Part shown: piece after piece, positions 26,714-36,383 of the stretch | Numbering within the stretch: the first letter of the stretch is position 1 | Layout of the letters: each line of letters starts with the position of its first letter | Program-made: the position numbers and the translations under genes | Notes under the pieces: model-generated | Told to the model about the DNA's origin: nothing | The model's input: only the letters and a program-made list of their open reading frames with translations | Database searches by the model: none | Assembly (NCBI GenBank): GCA_021825505.1 | Contig: JAKAHP010000001.1 | Coordinates: 1 to 39,899 of the forward strand | Source: Pseudomonadota bacterium | GTDB taxonomy: Bacteria > Pseudomonadota > Gammaproteobacteria > Burkholderiales > Burkholderiaceae_C | Direction of reading: 5' to 3' | Length of the DNA stretch: 39,899 bases

Positions 26714-29110
26714 TCAGTTGCGCACCGGCTTGCCGCCTTGCAGCAGACTCATGATGCGTTCCTGCGTCTTCGGATGCTCGAGCAGCTTGCAGAAGCGCTC
26801 GCGCTCCAGGCGCATCAGCCAGGCTTCGTCGACCAGGCTGCCGGCGTCGACGTCGCCGCCGCACATCACTTCGGCGATCGCCACGCCCAGGGTGTAGTCG
26901 TGCGCAGTGATCTGGGCACCGTCGCGCATATTGACGAGCTGCGCCTTGATGGTCGCGACACCGCCGCGCCCGGCCACCTTGATCGGCCGCGCCAGCGGCG
27001 GCCGCCAGCCGGCCTCGGCCAGCGCGCGCGCCTGCGCGATCGCCACGTGCAGCACTTCGTCCTTGTGCATCACGATCACGTCGTCGTCGCTCAGGTAGCC
27101 CATCGCGCGCGCTTCCAGCGCCGACTTCGACACCGCGGCCATCGCTGGCTGCATGTACAGCTTGGCGAGGAAGGCCATCGGGTCGACATCGGCGCCGGCC
27201 GCCGCGGCCAGCTCCGAGGCGCGCCGCGCCAGATAGCACAGGCCGCCGCCGCCGGGGATGAGCCCGACGCCGACTTCGACCAGCCCGATGTAGCTCTCGA
27301 GCGCGGCGACGCGGCGCGCGCAATGCACCGCGATTTCGCAGCCCCCGCCCAGCGCCATGCCGCGCACCGCGGCGACCACCGGCACCTGCGCGTAGCGCAG
27401 TCGCAGCACCATGTCCTGCAGCCGGCGCTCGACCGGCTCGATCGCGGCCGCGCCGCCCGCCATGAACGCCGGCAGCATGGCCTGCAGGTCGGCCCCGGCC
27501 GAGAACGGCTCCGAGGTCTGCCAGATCACCAGGCCGGCGTAGTCGCGCTCGGCCAGCTCGACCGCGCGCTCGAGCTGCTCGACGATGCTGCCGCCGATGG
27601 TGTGCATCTTGGTCTTGAAGCTGGCCACCAGCACGTCGTCGGCGCCGGGCGCGGTCCACAGGCGGATCGACGCGTCCTCGAACACGGTGCTGCCGGCGCT
27701 GGCCGGGTCGGCCGCGGCCTCGCCGAGCACGCTCTGGCCGAAGGGCTGGCGCGCCATCACCGGCAGCGCGCGCCGCGGCTGGTAGCGCCCGGCCGCCGCC
27801 GACCACGAGCCTTCGGGGTTGTGCACGGCGTCGATGCGGCCCACCCAGTCGGGCAGCGGCGTGTCGCACAGCGCGCGCTCCTGCGCGATGTCCTCGGCGA
27901 CCCACGCCGCGATCTGCTGCCAGCCGGCCGCCTGCCAGGTCTCGAACGGGCCCTCGTTCCAGCCGAAGCCCCAGCGGATCGCGAAGTCGAGGTCGCGCGC
28001 GTTGTCGGCGATCGACCCCAGATGCACCGCGATGTAGTGCCACACGTCGCGGAACACCGCCCACAGGAACTGCGCCTGCGGGTTGCTCGACTCGCGCAGC
28101 AGCTTGAAGCGCTCGGCGGCCGGCTTCTTCAGCATGCGCACGACGATCTCGTCGGCCTTGGCGCCGCCGGCCACGTAGTCGCCGCTGGCGGCGTCGAAGC
28201 GCAGGATGTCGCGCCCGACCTTCTTGTAGAAGCCGGCGCCGCTCTTCTGCCCGAGCTGGCCGCGCGCGACCAGGTCGGCCAGCGCCGGCGGCGTCGCGTA
28301 CAGCGCAGCGAACGGGTCGGCCGACACCGGCAGCGTGTCGCGCATGGTGCCGATCACGTGCGCCATCGTGTCGAGGCCGACGACGTCGGCGGTGCGGAAG
28401 GTCGCGCTCTTGGCGCGGCCGAGCTTGGCGCCGGTCAGGTCGTCGACGACGTCGTAGCTCAGGCCGTATTTCTCGGCCTCGTGCATCACCGCGAGGATCG
28501 AGAACACGCCGACGCGGTTGGCGACGAAGTTCGGCGTATCGAGCGCGCGCACCACGCTCTTGCCCAGCGTCGTCGTCAGGAAGGTCTCGAGCTGGTCGAG
28601 CGCGGTCGGGTCGGTGGCCGGAGTCGGGATCAGCTCGACCAGCGGCATGTAGCGCGGCGGATTGAAGAAGTGCACGCCGCAGAAGCGGCTGCGCAGCGCG
28701 TCGGAGAAGCCTTCGGACAGCTGCGCGATCGACAGCCCCGAGGTGTTGGTGGCGAACAGCGCGTGCGGCGCCAGGTGCGGCGTGACGCGCTGGTACAGCG
28801 CGTGCTTCCAGTCCATGCGCTCGGCGATGGCCTCGATCACGAGGTCGCAGCCGGCCAGCAGCGCCAGATCGTCGTCGTAGTTCGCGGCGCGGATCAGCCC
28901 GGCCAGCGCGGCGTCGCCCAGCGGCGCCGGGCTGAGCTTCTTCAGGTTGGCGATGGCCTTGTCGGCGATCGCGTTCTTCGGCCCTTCCTTGGCCGCGAGG
29001 TCGAACAGCACCACCGGAACGCGGGCGTTGACGCAGTGGGCGGCGATCTGCGCGCCCATGACGCCGGCGCCGAGCACGGCGACGCGGCGAATCGGGAAAC
29101 GGGAAGTCAT
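26714..29110 (-). CDS. 3-hydroxyacyl-CoA dehydrogenase / enoyl-CoA hydratase (FadN-type)
   Basis: GAGVMG, TNTSG and HFFNP in the N-terminal part. C-terminal crotonase FSAGADL and GGGCE. Confidence 0.93.
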   Translation of the reverse strand: MTSRFPIRRVAVLGAGVMGAQIAAHCVNARVPVVLFDLAAKEGPKNAIADKAIANLKKLSPAPLGDAALAGLIRAANYDDDLALLAGCDLVIEAIAERMDWKHALYQRVTPHLAPHALFATNTSGLSIAQLSEGFSDALRSRFCGVHFFNPPRYMPLVELIPTPATDPTALDQLETFLTTTLGKSVVRALDTPNFVANRVGVFSILAVMHEAEKYGLSYDVVDDLTGAKLGRAKSATFRTADVVGLDTMAHVIGTMRDTLPVSADPFAALYATPPALADLVARGQLGQKSGAGFYKKVGRDILRFDAASGDYVAGGAKADEIVVRMLKKPAAERFKLLRESSNPQAQFLWAVFRDVWHYIAVHLGSIADNARDLDFAIRWGFGWNEGPFETWQAAGWQQIAAWVAEDIAQERALCDTPLPDWVGRIDAVHNPEGSWSAAAGRYQPRRALPVMARQPFGQSVLGEAAADPASAGSTVFEDASIRLWTAPGADDVLVASFKTKMHTIGGSIVEQLERAVELAERDYAGLVIWQTSEPFSAGADLQAMLPAFMAGGAAAIEPVERRLQDMVLRLRYAQVPVVAAVRGMALGGGCEIAVHCARRVAALESYIGLVEVGVGLIPGGGGLCYLARRASELAAAAGADVDPMAFLAKLYMQPAMAAVSKSALEARAMGYLSDDDVIVMHKDEVLHVAIAQARALAEAGWRPPLARPIKVAGRGGVATIKAQLVNMRDGAQITAHDYTLGVAIAEVMCGGDVDAGSLVDEAWLMRLERERFCKLLEHPKTQERIMSLLQGGKPVRN

Positions 29111-29136
29111 CGTGGCATCCTTCGGTCGAGAGACGA

Positions 29137-30936
29137 TCAGGCGAACACCGCTTCGGTGTCCAGCAGGTTGTTGACGCCGCTGCGCGCGATGCGGATCGCC
29201 GCGGCGGTCTCGGGGTACAGGCGCGCGAAATAGAAGCGCGCGGTCTGCAGCTTGGCCTGGTAGAACGCGGCGTCGGCGGCGCCGGCGGCCAGCGCGGCCT
29301 GCGCCACCGCGGCCATGCGCGCGAAGGCGTAGGCGAACACCAGGTGGCCGACCACGCGCAGATAGGGCACCGCGGCGGCGCCGACTTCGTCGCGCTTGGC
29401 CATCGCCTTGAAGCCCAGTTCCATCGTCAGCTTCTGCACCTTGTCGCCGAGATCAGCGAGCGGGTTGACGAATTCCTGCATCGAATCGGACACGCCGTAC
29501 TCCTCGACGAAGTCCTTGACGATGGCTCCGAACTTCTTCAACTTCGCGCCGTTGTCCATCAGCACCTTGCGGCCGATCAGGTCGAGCGCCTGGATCGTGT
29601 TGGTGCCTTCGTAGATCATGTTGATGCGAGCGTCGCGCACCAGCTGCTCCATGCCCCATTCGCGGATGTAGCCGTGGCCGCCGAACACCTGCAGGCATTC
29701 GTTGGTCGCGGCAAATCCATTGTCGGTCAGGAAGGCCTTGACGATGGGCGTCAGCAGCGCGACCAGGTCGTCGGCGTCGGCGCGCCGCGCCGCGTCGGGG
29801 TGCAGGCGCGACTGGTCGAGCAGCAGGGCGACCCAGTACACCAGGAAGCGACCGCCTTCGGCCCAGGCGCGCGCGGTCAGCAGCATGCGCCGAACGTCCG
29901 GGTGCACGATGATCGGGTCGGCCGGCTGCTGCGGCGCCTTCGGCCCGGACAGCGCACGCATCTGCTGGCGCTCCTTCGCATAGGCCAGCGCGTTCTGCCA
30001 GGCGACCTCGGTCAGCCCCAGCGACTGCGTGCCCACGCCCAGGCGCGCGCCGTTCATCATCACGAACATCGCCGCCAGCCCCTTGTTGGGCTCGCCGACC
30101 AGCCAGGCGCGCGCGCCGTCGAGCGTCATCTGGCAGGTCGAATTGGCGTGGATGCCCATCTTGTGCTCGATGCCCGAGCAGAAGATCGCGTTGCGCTCGC
30201 CGGCTTCGCCGGCGGCGTCGGGGACGAACTTCGGGCAGACGAACAGCGAAATGCCCTTCGAGCCCTCGGGCGCACCCGGCAGCTTGGCCAGCACCATGTG
30301 CACGATGTTCTCGGACAGGTCGTGCTCGCCGCTGGAGATGAAGATCTTCTGCCCGCTGAGCGCGTAGCTGCCGTCGTCCTGCTGCGTCGCCTTGGTGCGG
30401 ATCAGGCCGAGGTCGGTACCGCAATGCGGCTCGGTCAGGCACATCGTGCCGGTCCACTGGCCGCTGGCCAGGCGCGGCAGGTAAAGCGCCTTCTGCGCCT
30501 CGCTGCCGTGGGCTCCGAGCAGTTCGACGACGCCGTGCGTCAGCCCCGGGTACATGGTCCAGGCCTGGTTCGCCGAGTTCTGCATTTCGTGCACCGCGCT
30601 GCCGACCAGGTGCGGCAGGCCCTGGCCGCCGTATTCGGGCGCAGCGTTGAGCAGCGGCCAACCGGCCTCGACGTACTGCTCCCAGGCCTGGCGGAAGCCG
30701 GCCGGCGTCGTCACCGCGTGGGTCGCGGGGTCGTAGTGGCAGCCTTCGGCGTCACCGCTGGCGTTCAGCGGATGCAGCACATCGGCGCAGAACTTGCCCG
30801 CCTCCTCGCACACCTGGTCGATCAGTTCGGCGTCGATGTCGGCGTGGGGGGGAAGTTCGCGCAGCGCCGGCACGGCGCCGAGCACTTCGTGCATCACGAA
30901 GCGCATGTCGCGCAAGGGCGGGGTATAACTGGGCAT
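29137..30936 (-). CDS. Acyl-CoA dehydrogenase (long form with C-terminal domain)
   Basis: MCLTEP, GQKIFIS, EHKMGI, FGGHGY and IYEGT motifs. AGGAG RBS before 30936. Confidence 0.94.
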   Translation of the reverse strand: MPSYTPPLRDMRFVMHEVLGAVPALRELPPHADIDAELIDQVCEEAGKFCADVLHPLNASGDAEGCHYDPATHAVTTPAGFRQAWEQYVEAGWPLLNAAPEYGGQGLPHLVGSAVHEMQNSANQAWTMYPGLTHGVVELLGAHGSEAQKALYLPRLASGQWTGTMCLTEPHCGTDLGLIRTKATQQDDGSYALSGQKIFISSGEHDLSENIVHMVLAKLPGAPEGSKGISLFVCPKFVPDAAGEAGERNAIFCSGIEHKMGIHANSTCQMTLDGARAWLVGEPNKGLAAMFVMMNGARLGVGTQSLGLTEVAWQNALAYAKERQQMRALSGPKAPQQPADPIIVHPDVRRMLLTARAWAEGGRFLVYWVALLLDQSRLHPDAARRADADDLVALLTPIVKAFLTDNGFAATNECLQVFGGHGYIREWGMEQLVRDARINMIYEGTNTIQALDLIGRKVLMDNGAKLKKFGAIVKDFVEEYGVSDSMQEFVNPLADLGDKVQKLTMELGFKAMAKRDEVGAAAVPYLRVVGHLVFAYAFARMAAVAQAALAAGAADAAFYQAKLQTARFYFARLYPETAAAIRIARSGVNNLLDTEAVFA

Positions 30937-30971
30937 GTCCTGCTCCTGTCGTGGACGGTCTTGAATGGGGG

Positions 30972-31655
30972 TCAGGCTTGGTCGGGATCGACCAGATCGA
31001 TCAACGCGAGCCCGGCCGGCGTCGCGTAGTTGCGCAGCACGCGCGCGTAGCTGCGCTGCGCGATCTGCAAGGAACCTGCGATCTGCAACAGCCGGGCGTC
31101 GTGGTGCAACGCCAGGATCAAGCCGTGCAGCTCGAACACCAACTGGCGCATCGGCGTGTCGGCGCGCAGGTGGCCGGCGTCGATCGCCTGCTGCACCGCG
31201 CGCTGCAGCGCGTCGTGCCAGTCCTGCACCATCTGCACCAGCGCATCGCGCACCGGGCCCGGGCGATCGTCGAACTCGACAGCGCCGGAAATGTAGATGC
31301 AACCGGTCTCGACTTCGCGGCTGACCTGCTGCAGCCAGCGCTCGAACATCGCGTGCAGGCGCGGCAGGCCGCGCGGCTGCTGCAGCGCCGGGTAGAACAC
31401 CTCGTGTTCGAACAGCGCGTGGTAATGACGAATGACCGAGATCTGCAGTTCCTCGCGCGAGCCGAAATGCGCGAAAACGCCCGACTTGCTCATGTCCATG
31501 CGATCGGCGAGCACGCCGATCGACAGGCCTTCGAGGCCGATGCGGCCCGCCATCTGCAGCGCGCAGTCGAGAATCGCCTGGCGCGTCATGCGGCCCTTGC
31601 CCGAGGTTTCGGGAGCGTCGCGGAGCGTAGTATCGGGAACGGATTTGCGGACCAT
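30972..31655 (-). CDS. TetR family regulator heading the fatty-acid degradation operon
   Basis: HTH GLEGLSIGVLA...MSKSGVFAHFGSREEL plus GCIYISGAVEFDD. Start approximate. Confidence 0.9.
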   Translation of the reverse strand: MVRKSVPDTTLRDAPETSGKGRMTRQAILDCALQMAGRIGLEGLSIGVLADRMDMSKSGVFAHFGSREELQISVIRHYHALFEHEVFYPALQQPRGLPRLHAMFERWLQQVSREVETGCIYISGAVEFDDRPGPVRDALVQMVQDWHDALQRAVQQAIDAGHLRADTPMRQLVFELHGLILALHHDARLLQIAGSLQIAQRSYARVLRNYATPAGLALIDLVDPDQA

Positions 31656-31672
31656 CGGTCGTGTGAATTTCG

Positions 31673-31714
31673 AACGAACGGTCGTACTATTTCTGAATAC
31701 GCGTCGTTTGTCAA
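31673..31714 (-). promoter_or_regulatory. Sigma-70 promoter overlapped by a TetR-type operator
   Basis: Minus-strand TTGACA (31709-31714), 17-bp spacer, then AATAGT. The -10 element overlaps the imperfect palindrome AATAGTACGACCGTTCGTT. Confidence 0.55.
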
Positions 31715-31750
31715 CCTTTCCCGTCGATATCCTGCCGCGCCGGCGTGGGT

Positions 31751-32368
31751 CTAGGCCAGCAATGCGAGCAGTGCGCCATCGGCGTCGGCGCCGCCGCGAC
31801 GATGCGCCACGCGCCACAGGCAGCCGCCGGCGTAGGTCATCAGCCACTGCGCGCGCTGCGCCGGATCGAACGCGAGCGATTGCTGCTGCAAGGCCAGCCG
31901 CAGACTGTGGCGCAGCGCGGCCTCGACGCGCTCGAGGAAACGGTCGACGCGCTGCTGCAGTCGTGCGTGCTCGCCGGCCAGCACGTCGCCGGCCAGCAGC
32001 CGGCACAGCCCGGGGTTGCGTTCGGCGAAGGCCAGCAGCGCCTGCACCATACGCTGCGCCTGTACCAGCCCCGAGTCGTGCTGCGCGGCGATCTGGTTGA
32101 TCAGCCCGAACACGCTGGTTTCGATGAACTCGATCAGCGCGTCGAACATCTGCGCCTTGCTCGCGAAATGGCGGTACAGCGCCGCTTCCGAGACCTGCAG
32201 GCGCTGTGCCAGCGCCGCAGTGGTGATGCGCTCCACGCCGCCGTCCTCGAGCATGCCGGCCAGGCACTGCAGGATCTGTGCGCGGCGCTCGCCCGGGCGC
32301 GGCCGCTTGCGCGCGGCACGGGCAGGATTCAGCGCGGCAGCGGCTTCGGCGGTTTCGGCAGGTCCCAT
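31751..32368 (-). CDS. slmA: Nucleoid occlusion factor SlmA-like TetR protein
   Basis: RKRPRPGERRAQIL, ITTAALA..L.VSEAALYRHF.SK and LIEFIE. Gene order argB-HAD-slmA. Confidence 0.87.
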   Translation of the reverse strand: MGPAETAEAAAALNPARAARKRPRPGERRAQILQCLAGMLEDGGVERITTAALAQRLQVSEAALYRHFASKAQMFDALIEFIETSVFGLINQIAAQHDSGLVQAQRMVQALLAFAERNPGLCRLLAGDVLAGEHARLQQRVDRFLERVEAALRHSLRLALQQQSLAFDPAQRAQWLMTYAGGCLWRVAHRRGGADADGALLALLA

Positions 32369-33024
32369 AACGTGCCGATTCTCGCATGGACGTAGGCCGG
32401 GCGACCGTGGCGCAGCCGCGCACCGCGCGCGCTGTAGCGCGTGTACCAGACCGTGCGCAGGCCAACGCGGCGCGCGGCACGCAAGTGCTGCAGCGTGTCC
32501 TCGACCAGCACGCACTGCGCCGGGCGCAGTCGCGCGCGACGCAGCACCGCGCGCAGTCCGCGCACATCGGGCTTGGGGCGCAGGCGACCGCACTGGCGCA
32601 TGTCCTCGATGCTGACGACGTCGTCGAAGCCGCGCAGCAGTGCGCAATGGCGCAGCACACGCAGCGCGTAGTCGCGCGGCGCATTCGTCAGCACCAGCTT
32701 GCGCCCGGGCAGCGCGCGCAGCGCGGCGCGCTCGCTGCGATCGGCACGCAGCATCGCCTCGAGCTGCGGAAAACGGTGCGTCTCGGCGAGGAAGTGCTCG
32801 GCGCGCACGCCATGTTCGTGCACCAGGCCGAGCAGCGTGGCGCCATAGCGGCGCCAGAAGTCCACGCGCAAGCGCCCTGCGGTCGCTTCATCGACTCCGA
32901 GATGGCGCACGATGTACTGCGTCATCTCGATATTCATTTGCGGAAACACACGCCACGAAGCATCGTGCAGCGTGTCGTCCATATCGAACAACCAGACCAC
33001 GCTCACCGCGCCGCTCTCGCGCAC
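32329..33024 (-). CDS. HAD-family pyrimidine 5'-nucleotidase
   Basis: FDMDDTL, YGATL.GL, LTNA, PKP and VED motifs. Alternative GTG start at 33006. Confidence 0.87.
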   Translation of the reverse strand: MRESGAVSVVWLFDMDDTLHDASWRVFPQMNIEMTQYIVRHLGVDEATAGRLRVDFWRRYGATLLGLVHEHGVRAEHFLAETHRFPQLEAMLRADRSERAALRALPGRKLVLTNAPRDYALRVLRHCALLRGFDDVVSIEDMRQCGRLRPKPDVRGLRAVLRRARLRPAQCVLVEDTLQHLRAARRVGLRTVWYTRYSARGARLRHGRPAYVHARIGTLWDLPKPPKPLPR

Positions 33025-33055
33025 GGCTCAGCCCGCGGCGCCGGCTGCGGGGCCA

Positions 33056-33958
33056 TCAATGCGAACGGATCATCGTGCCGTAGGCCTGCTCGGTCAGCAC
33101 CTCGAGCAACAGCGCGTGCGGGATGCGACCGTCGATGATGTGCACGCTGTTGACGCCCGAGCGCGCGGCGTCGAGCGCCGAGGCGATCTTCGGCAGCATG
33201 CCGCCGGAGATGCTGCCGTCGGCGAACATCTCGTCTATCTCGCGCGCGCTGAGGTTGGTCAGCAGTTCACCGGCCTTGTTCAGCACGCCCGGGGTGTTGG
33301 TCAGCAGCAACAGCTTCTCGGCTTTCAGCACTTCCGCCAGCTTGCCGGCGACGACGTCGGCATTGATGTTGAAGTTCTCGTTGTCGGCGCCGAAGCCCAG
33401 CGGCGAGATCACCGGGATGAACTGGTCGTCCTGCAGCGCCTTGACCACGCTGGGGTCGATCGCCTCGATCTCGCCGACCAGGCCGACGTCGTGCTCGAGC
33501 TGCGGGTTCTCGCGGTCGCGCATGCGCAACTTGCGGGCGCGGATCATGCCGCCGTCACGCCCGGTCAGCCCCACCGCCTTGCCGCCGGCGACGTTGATCA
33601 GGCCGACGATGTCCTGCTGCACCTGGCCGGCCAGCACCCACTCGACGACTTCCATCGTTTCGGCGTCGGTCACTCGCATGCCCTGGATGAACGTTCCCTT
33701 CTTGCCGACCTTGGCCAGCGCCTCGTCGATCTGCGGCCCGCCGCCGTGGACCACGACCGGGTTCATGCCCACCAGCTTGAGCAGCACGACGTCTTCGGCG
33801 AAGTCCTGCTGCAGCGACGGGTCGGTCATCGCGTTACCGCCGTATTTGATGACCAGCGTCTTTCCGTGAAACTTGCGGATGTAGGGCAGAGCCTGCGACA
33901 GGATCTCGGCCTTGTCCCGCGAGGAGATATGCGCCAGTTCAGGCATCGGATCTTGCAT
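33056..33958 (-). CDS. argB: Acetylglutamate kinase
   Basis: [28 protein letters not shown] and GGMLPKI. Start at 33958 or 33946. Confidence 0.96.
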   Translation of the reverse strand: MQDPMPELAHISSRDKAEILSQALPYIRKFHGKTLVIKYGGNAMTDPSLQQDFAEDVVLLKLVGMNPVVVHGGGPQIDEALAKVGKKGTFIQGMRVTDAETMEVVEWVLAGQVQQDIVGLINVAGGKAVGLTGRDGGMIRARKLRMRDRENPQLEHDVGLVGEIEAIDPSVVKALQDDQFIPVISPLGFGADNENFNINADVVAGKLAEVLKAEKLLLLTNTPGVLNKAGELLTNLSAREIDEMFADGSISGGMLPKIASALDAARSGVNSVHIIDGRIPHALLLEVLTEQAYGTMIRSH

Positions 33959-34195
33959 GGCAACGCTCGGGCTAAAGGAATTGCTGCGGCGACGCGCCGC
34001 ATCGCGGATTCTAGGGACAGCCGTGCGCCTTGCGCGCGCACCGTGTTGCATTGCGGCAACCGCACCACGCCGCAGGCTTCGTGCGCAAGATCATGGAAAC
34101 CAATCGCGCGCAGCGGATCCAATGCATCAGGCGCGGTGCTGGCAGCAAGACGCCTGCGCCACTTTTACCCCTGAAACGTTTGCCAAGAGCCCACC

Positions 34196-34390
34196 ATGAA
34201 ACGCATCGAAACGATCCTCGCCGCCGCCGCCCTGCTGCTTGCCCTGGGCGCCTGCCAGAAAGCTTCCGAACCGACCCCGGCCGCCCCCGAAAGCGACGCC
34301 GCGAGCACCGCCGCACCGCAGGAGCCGGCTTCGGCGACGCTGCCCGCGCCGAGCGAGCCGGCCGCGCCGGCCTCGGCGGCCAGCCAGTGA
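34196..34390 (+). CDS. Small Pro/Ala/Ser-rich lipoprotein (64 aa)
   Basis: MKRIETILAAAALLLALGAC lipobox followed by a disordered tail. Confidence 0.7.
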   Translation: MKRIETILAAAALLLALGACQKASEPTPAAPESDAASTAAPQEPASATLPAPSEPAAPASAASQ

Positions 34391-34441
34391 TGCCGGCCGC
34401 GCCCCCACCGCCCCGGCACAGCCACGCCGACGGAGCCGCCC

Positions 34442-35089
34442 ATGGAACCGCATTTTGCTGACCGCGCAAGCGCCGGGCAGGCGCTCGGCGAAGCGCTGCG
34501 CGCGCAAGGCCCCTGGGCGCAGCCGCTGGTCCTGGCGCTGCCGCGCGGCGGCGTGCCCGTGGCCCGCGAAGTGGCTCGCGCGCTCGACGCCGAGCTCGAC
34601 CTGCTGCTGGTGCGCAAGCTCGGCGTGCCGGGCCAGCCCGAGCTGGCGATGGGGGCACTGGCCGAAGCCGATGCGCTGGTGCTGAACCACGCGCTGATCC
34701 GTGAAGCCGGCGTCAGCCAGGCGCAGATCGACGCCGCGGTCGAAGCCGCGCGGGGCGAGTTGAACCGTCGCGCCACGCTGTGGCGTGGTGGGCGCGCACC
34801 GCCGGCCGTCGCCGGACGCAGCGTGATCGTGGTCGACGACGGCATCGCCACCGGCGCGACGATGCGTGCGGCGCTGCTGGCGCTGCGCGCGCAAGGCCCG
34901 GCACGCGTGACGGTCGCGGTGCCTGTGGCGCCACCCGACATCGGCTTCGACGAGCTCGCCGATCGCTTCGTGTTCCTCGCGCGCCCGCCACACTTCACCG
35001 CGGTTGGTGCGTTCTACAACGATTTCCAGCAGGTCGACGACGCGACCGTGCGCGCGCTGCTCGACGCAGCCCAAAGGAGGCCCTCATGA
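34442..35089 (+). CDS. Phosphoribosyltransferase-like protein
   Basis: FADR..AG, LALPRGGVPVA, VRKLGVPG.PELAMGA and VVDDGIATG motifs. Confidence 0.9.
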   Translation: MEPHFADRASAGQALGEALRAQGPWAQPLVLALPRGGVPVAREVARALDAELDLLLVRKLGVPGQPELAMGALAEADALVLNHALIREAGVSQAQIDAAVEAARGELNRRATLWRGGRAPPAVAGRSVIVVDDGIATGATMRAALLALRAQGPARVTVAVPVAPPDIGFDELADRFVFLARPPHFTAVGAFYNDFQQVDDATVRALLDAAQRRPS

Positions 35090-35544
35090 AGGTCAAGGAT
35101 GTCTACACCGAAGGCACCGTGCATATTCCGCAACGCTGCAACCTGCAGGAGGCGGCGCTGCAGATGCGCGAACAACATGTCGGCGCGCTCGTCGTCACCG
35201 ACGGCGACGGCACGCCGCTGGGCATCGTCACCGACCGCGACATGGTGCTGCGCGCGGTGGCTGAAGGCGCCACGCCGCGCGAACTGCGCGTGGCCGACGT
35301 GATGAGCCACGGCACGCTGAGCATCGACCGCGACGCCGACATCGACGACGCGATGCAAGCCATGTCCAGCCACGGGGTGCGCCGCCTCGCGGTCACCGGC
35401 GACGGCGGGCGGCTGCTCGGCATCCTCGCGCTAGACGACCTGATCGAGGCCGAGGGTCGCGACTTCGCGCTGCTGTCGGGCATCCTGCGCCGCGAACGTC
35501 AGCGCGAACGCAGCGGCAGCGTCGAGTCGCCCTTGCATCCCTGA
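35086..35544 (+). CDS. CBS-domain pair protein
   Basis: AAGGAGG RBS and ATGA overlap. Contains VGALVV, GIVTDRD and VRRLAV. Confidence 0.9.
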   Translation: MKVKDVYTEGTVHIPQRCNLQEAALQMREQHVGALVVTDGDGTPLGIVTDRDMVLRAVAEGATPRELRVADVMSHGTLSIDRDADIDDAMQAMSSHGVRRLAVTGDGGRLLGILALDDLIEAEGRDFALLSGILRRERQRERSGSVESPLHP

Positions 35545-35628
35545 AGCGCAACCCCGGCAGATCGCACTTACACGCGTCGCGCGCAGCAACACAAGAAACA
35601 CATGGTTTCACGTTGTTAGCGGAACATC

Positions 35629-36375
35629 ATGGATTTCGCAACTCCGAGGTTCGATACTACGGTCCATGCCGTCCATGCAGGACGGCGTGACGACACTGAT
35701 GCCATGCCCCTCAACCCTGCCCCCGATCCGAGCTTCGCGCCCGGCGGCTCGGCCAACCCGCCGGCGGCCGCCGCGGTCGCCGAGCGGCTGAGCCAGCTGC
35801 GCGCGGCCTCGGCGCAGGGCAGCGCCGAGGCGCAATACGAACTCGGCTGCCTGTTCCGCGCCGGTGAATGCGTCGCGCGCGACGACGCTGAAGCCGCCTG
35901 CTGGTGGGGGCTGGCCGCGCTCGGCGGACATGCGCGTGCGCAATGCGAACTGGGCGTGCTCCACCTCAGCGGCAGCGGTGTCGCGCACGACCACGCGACG
36001 GCCCGCATGTGGCTGGAATGCGCTGCAGCGCAGCACGACGCCGCGGCGCAGTACCAGCTCGGCATGCTCGCGCTGGAGCCGACCGGGGACGGCGCCGAGG
36101 TGGCTGCACACTGGTTCGAGCTGTCCAGCCTGCGCGGCCACCCCTGCGCCCAGTTCCGGCTCGGTCTGGCCTACCGCGACGGCGCCGGCGTGTGCGCCGA
36201 CGACGAGTGCGCGATGCACTGGCTGGATGCCGCCAGCGCCCAGGGCTGCGCACTGGCCGCGTATGCGCTGGCCGAGCTCGGCTGGCGCGGGCGCCGCGTG
36301 CCGCCGCGCCGCGTGTCGCGCGACGGCGACTGCAACATCGCGGCTTCGACCACGGCGTGCTGCAAGCGCAGCTAG
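35629..36375 (+). CDS. Sel1-like repeat protein, cysteine-rich
   Basis: About four AQxxLG...G.GV..D...A..W...AA.QG repeats. Start may be 35704. Confidence 0.85.
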   Translation: MDFATPRFDTTVHAVHAGRRDDTDAMPLNPAPDPSFAPGGSANPPAAAAVAERLSQLRAASAQGSAEAQYELGCLFRAGECVARDDAEAACWWGLAALGGHARAQCELGVLHLSGSGVAHDHATARMWLECAAAQHDAAAQYQLGMLALEPTGDGAEVAAHWFELSSLRGHPCAQFRLGLAYRDGAGVCADDECAMHWLDAASAQGCALAAYALAELGWRGRRVPPRRVSRDGDCNIAASTTACCKRS

Positions 36376-36383
36376 GAGCACCG

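Noticed and set aside
26639-29233. Long antisense/alternate-frame ORFs (also 7545-9506, 18647-20557, 29344-31029, 4201-5637)
   Set aside because: These are shadows of well-supported genes in high-GC DNA. They have no motifs and a composition typical of non-coding frames.
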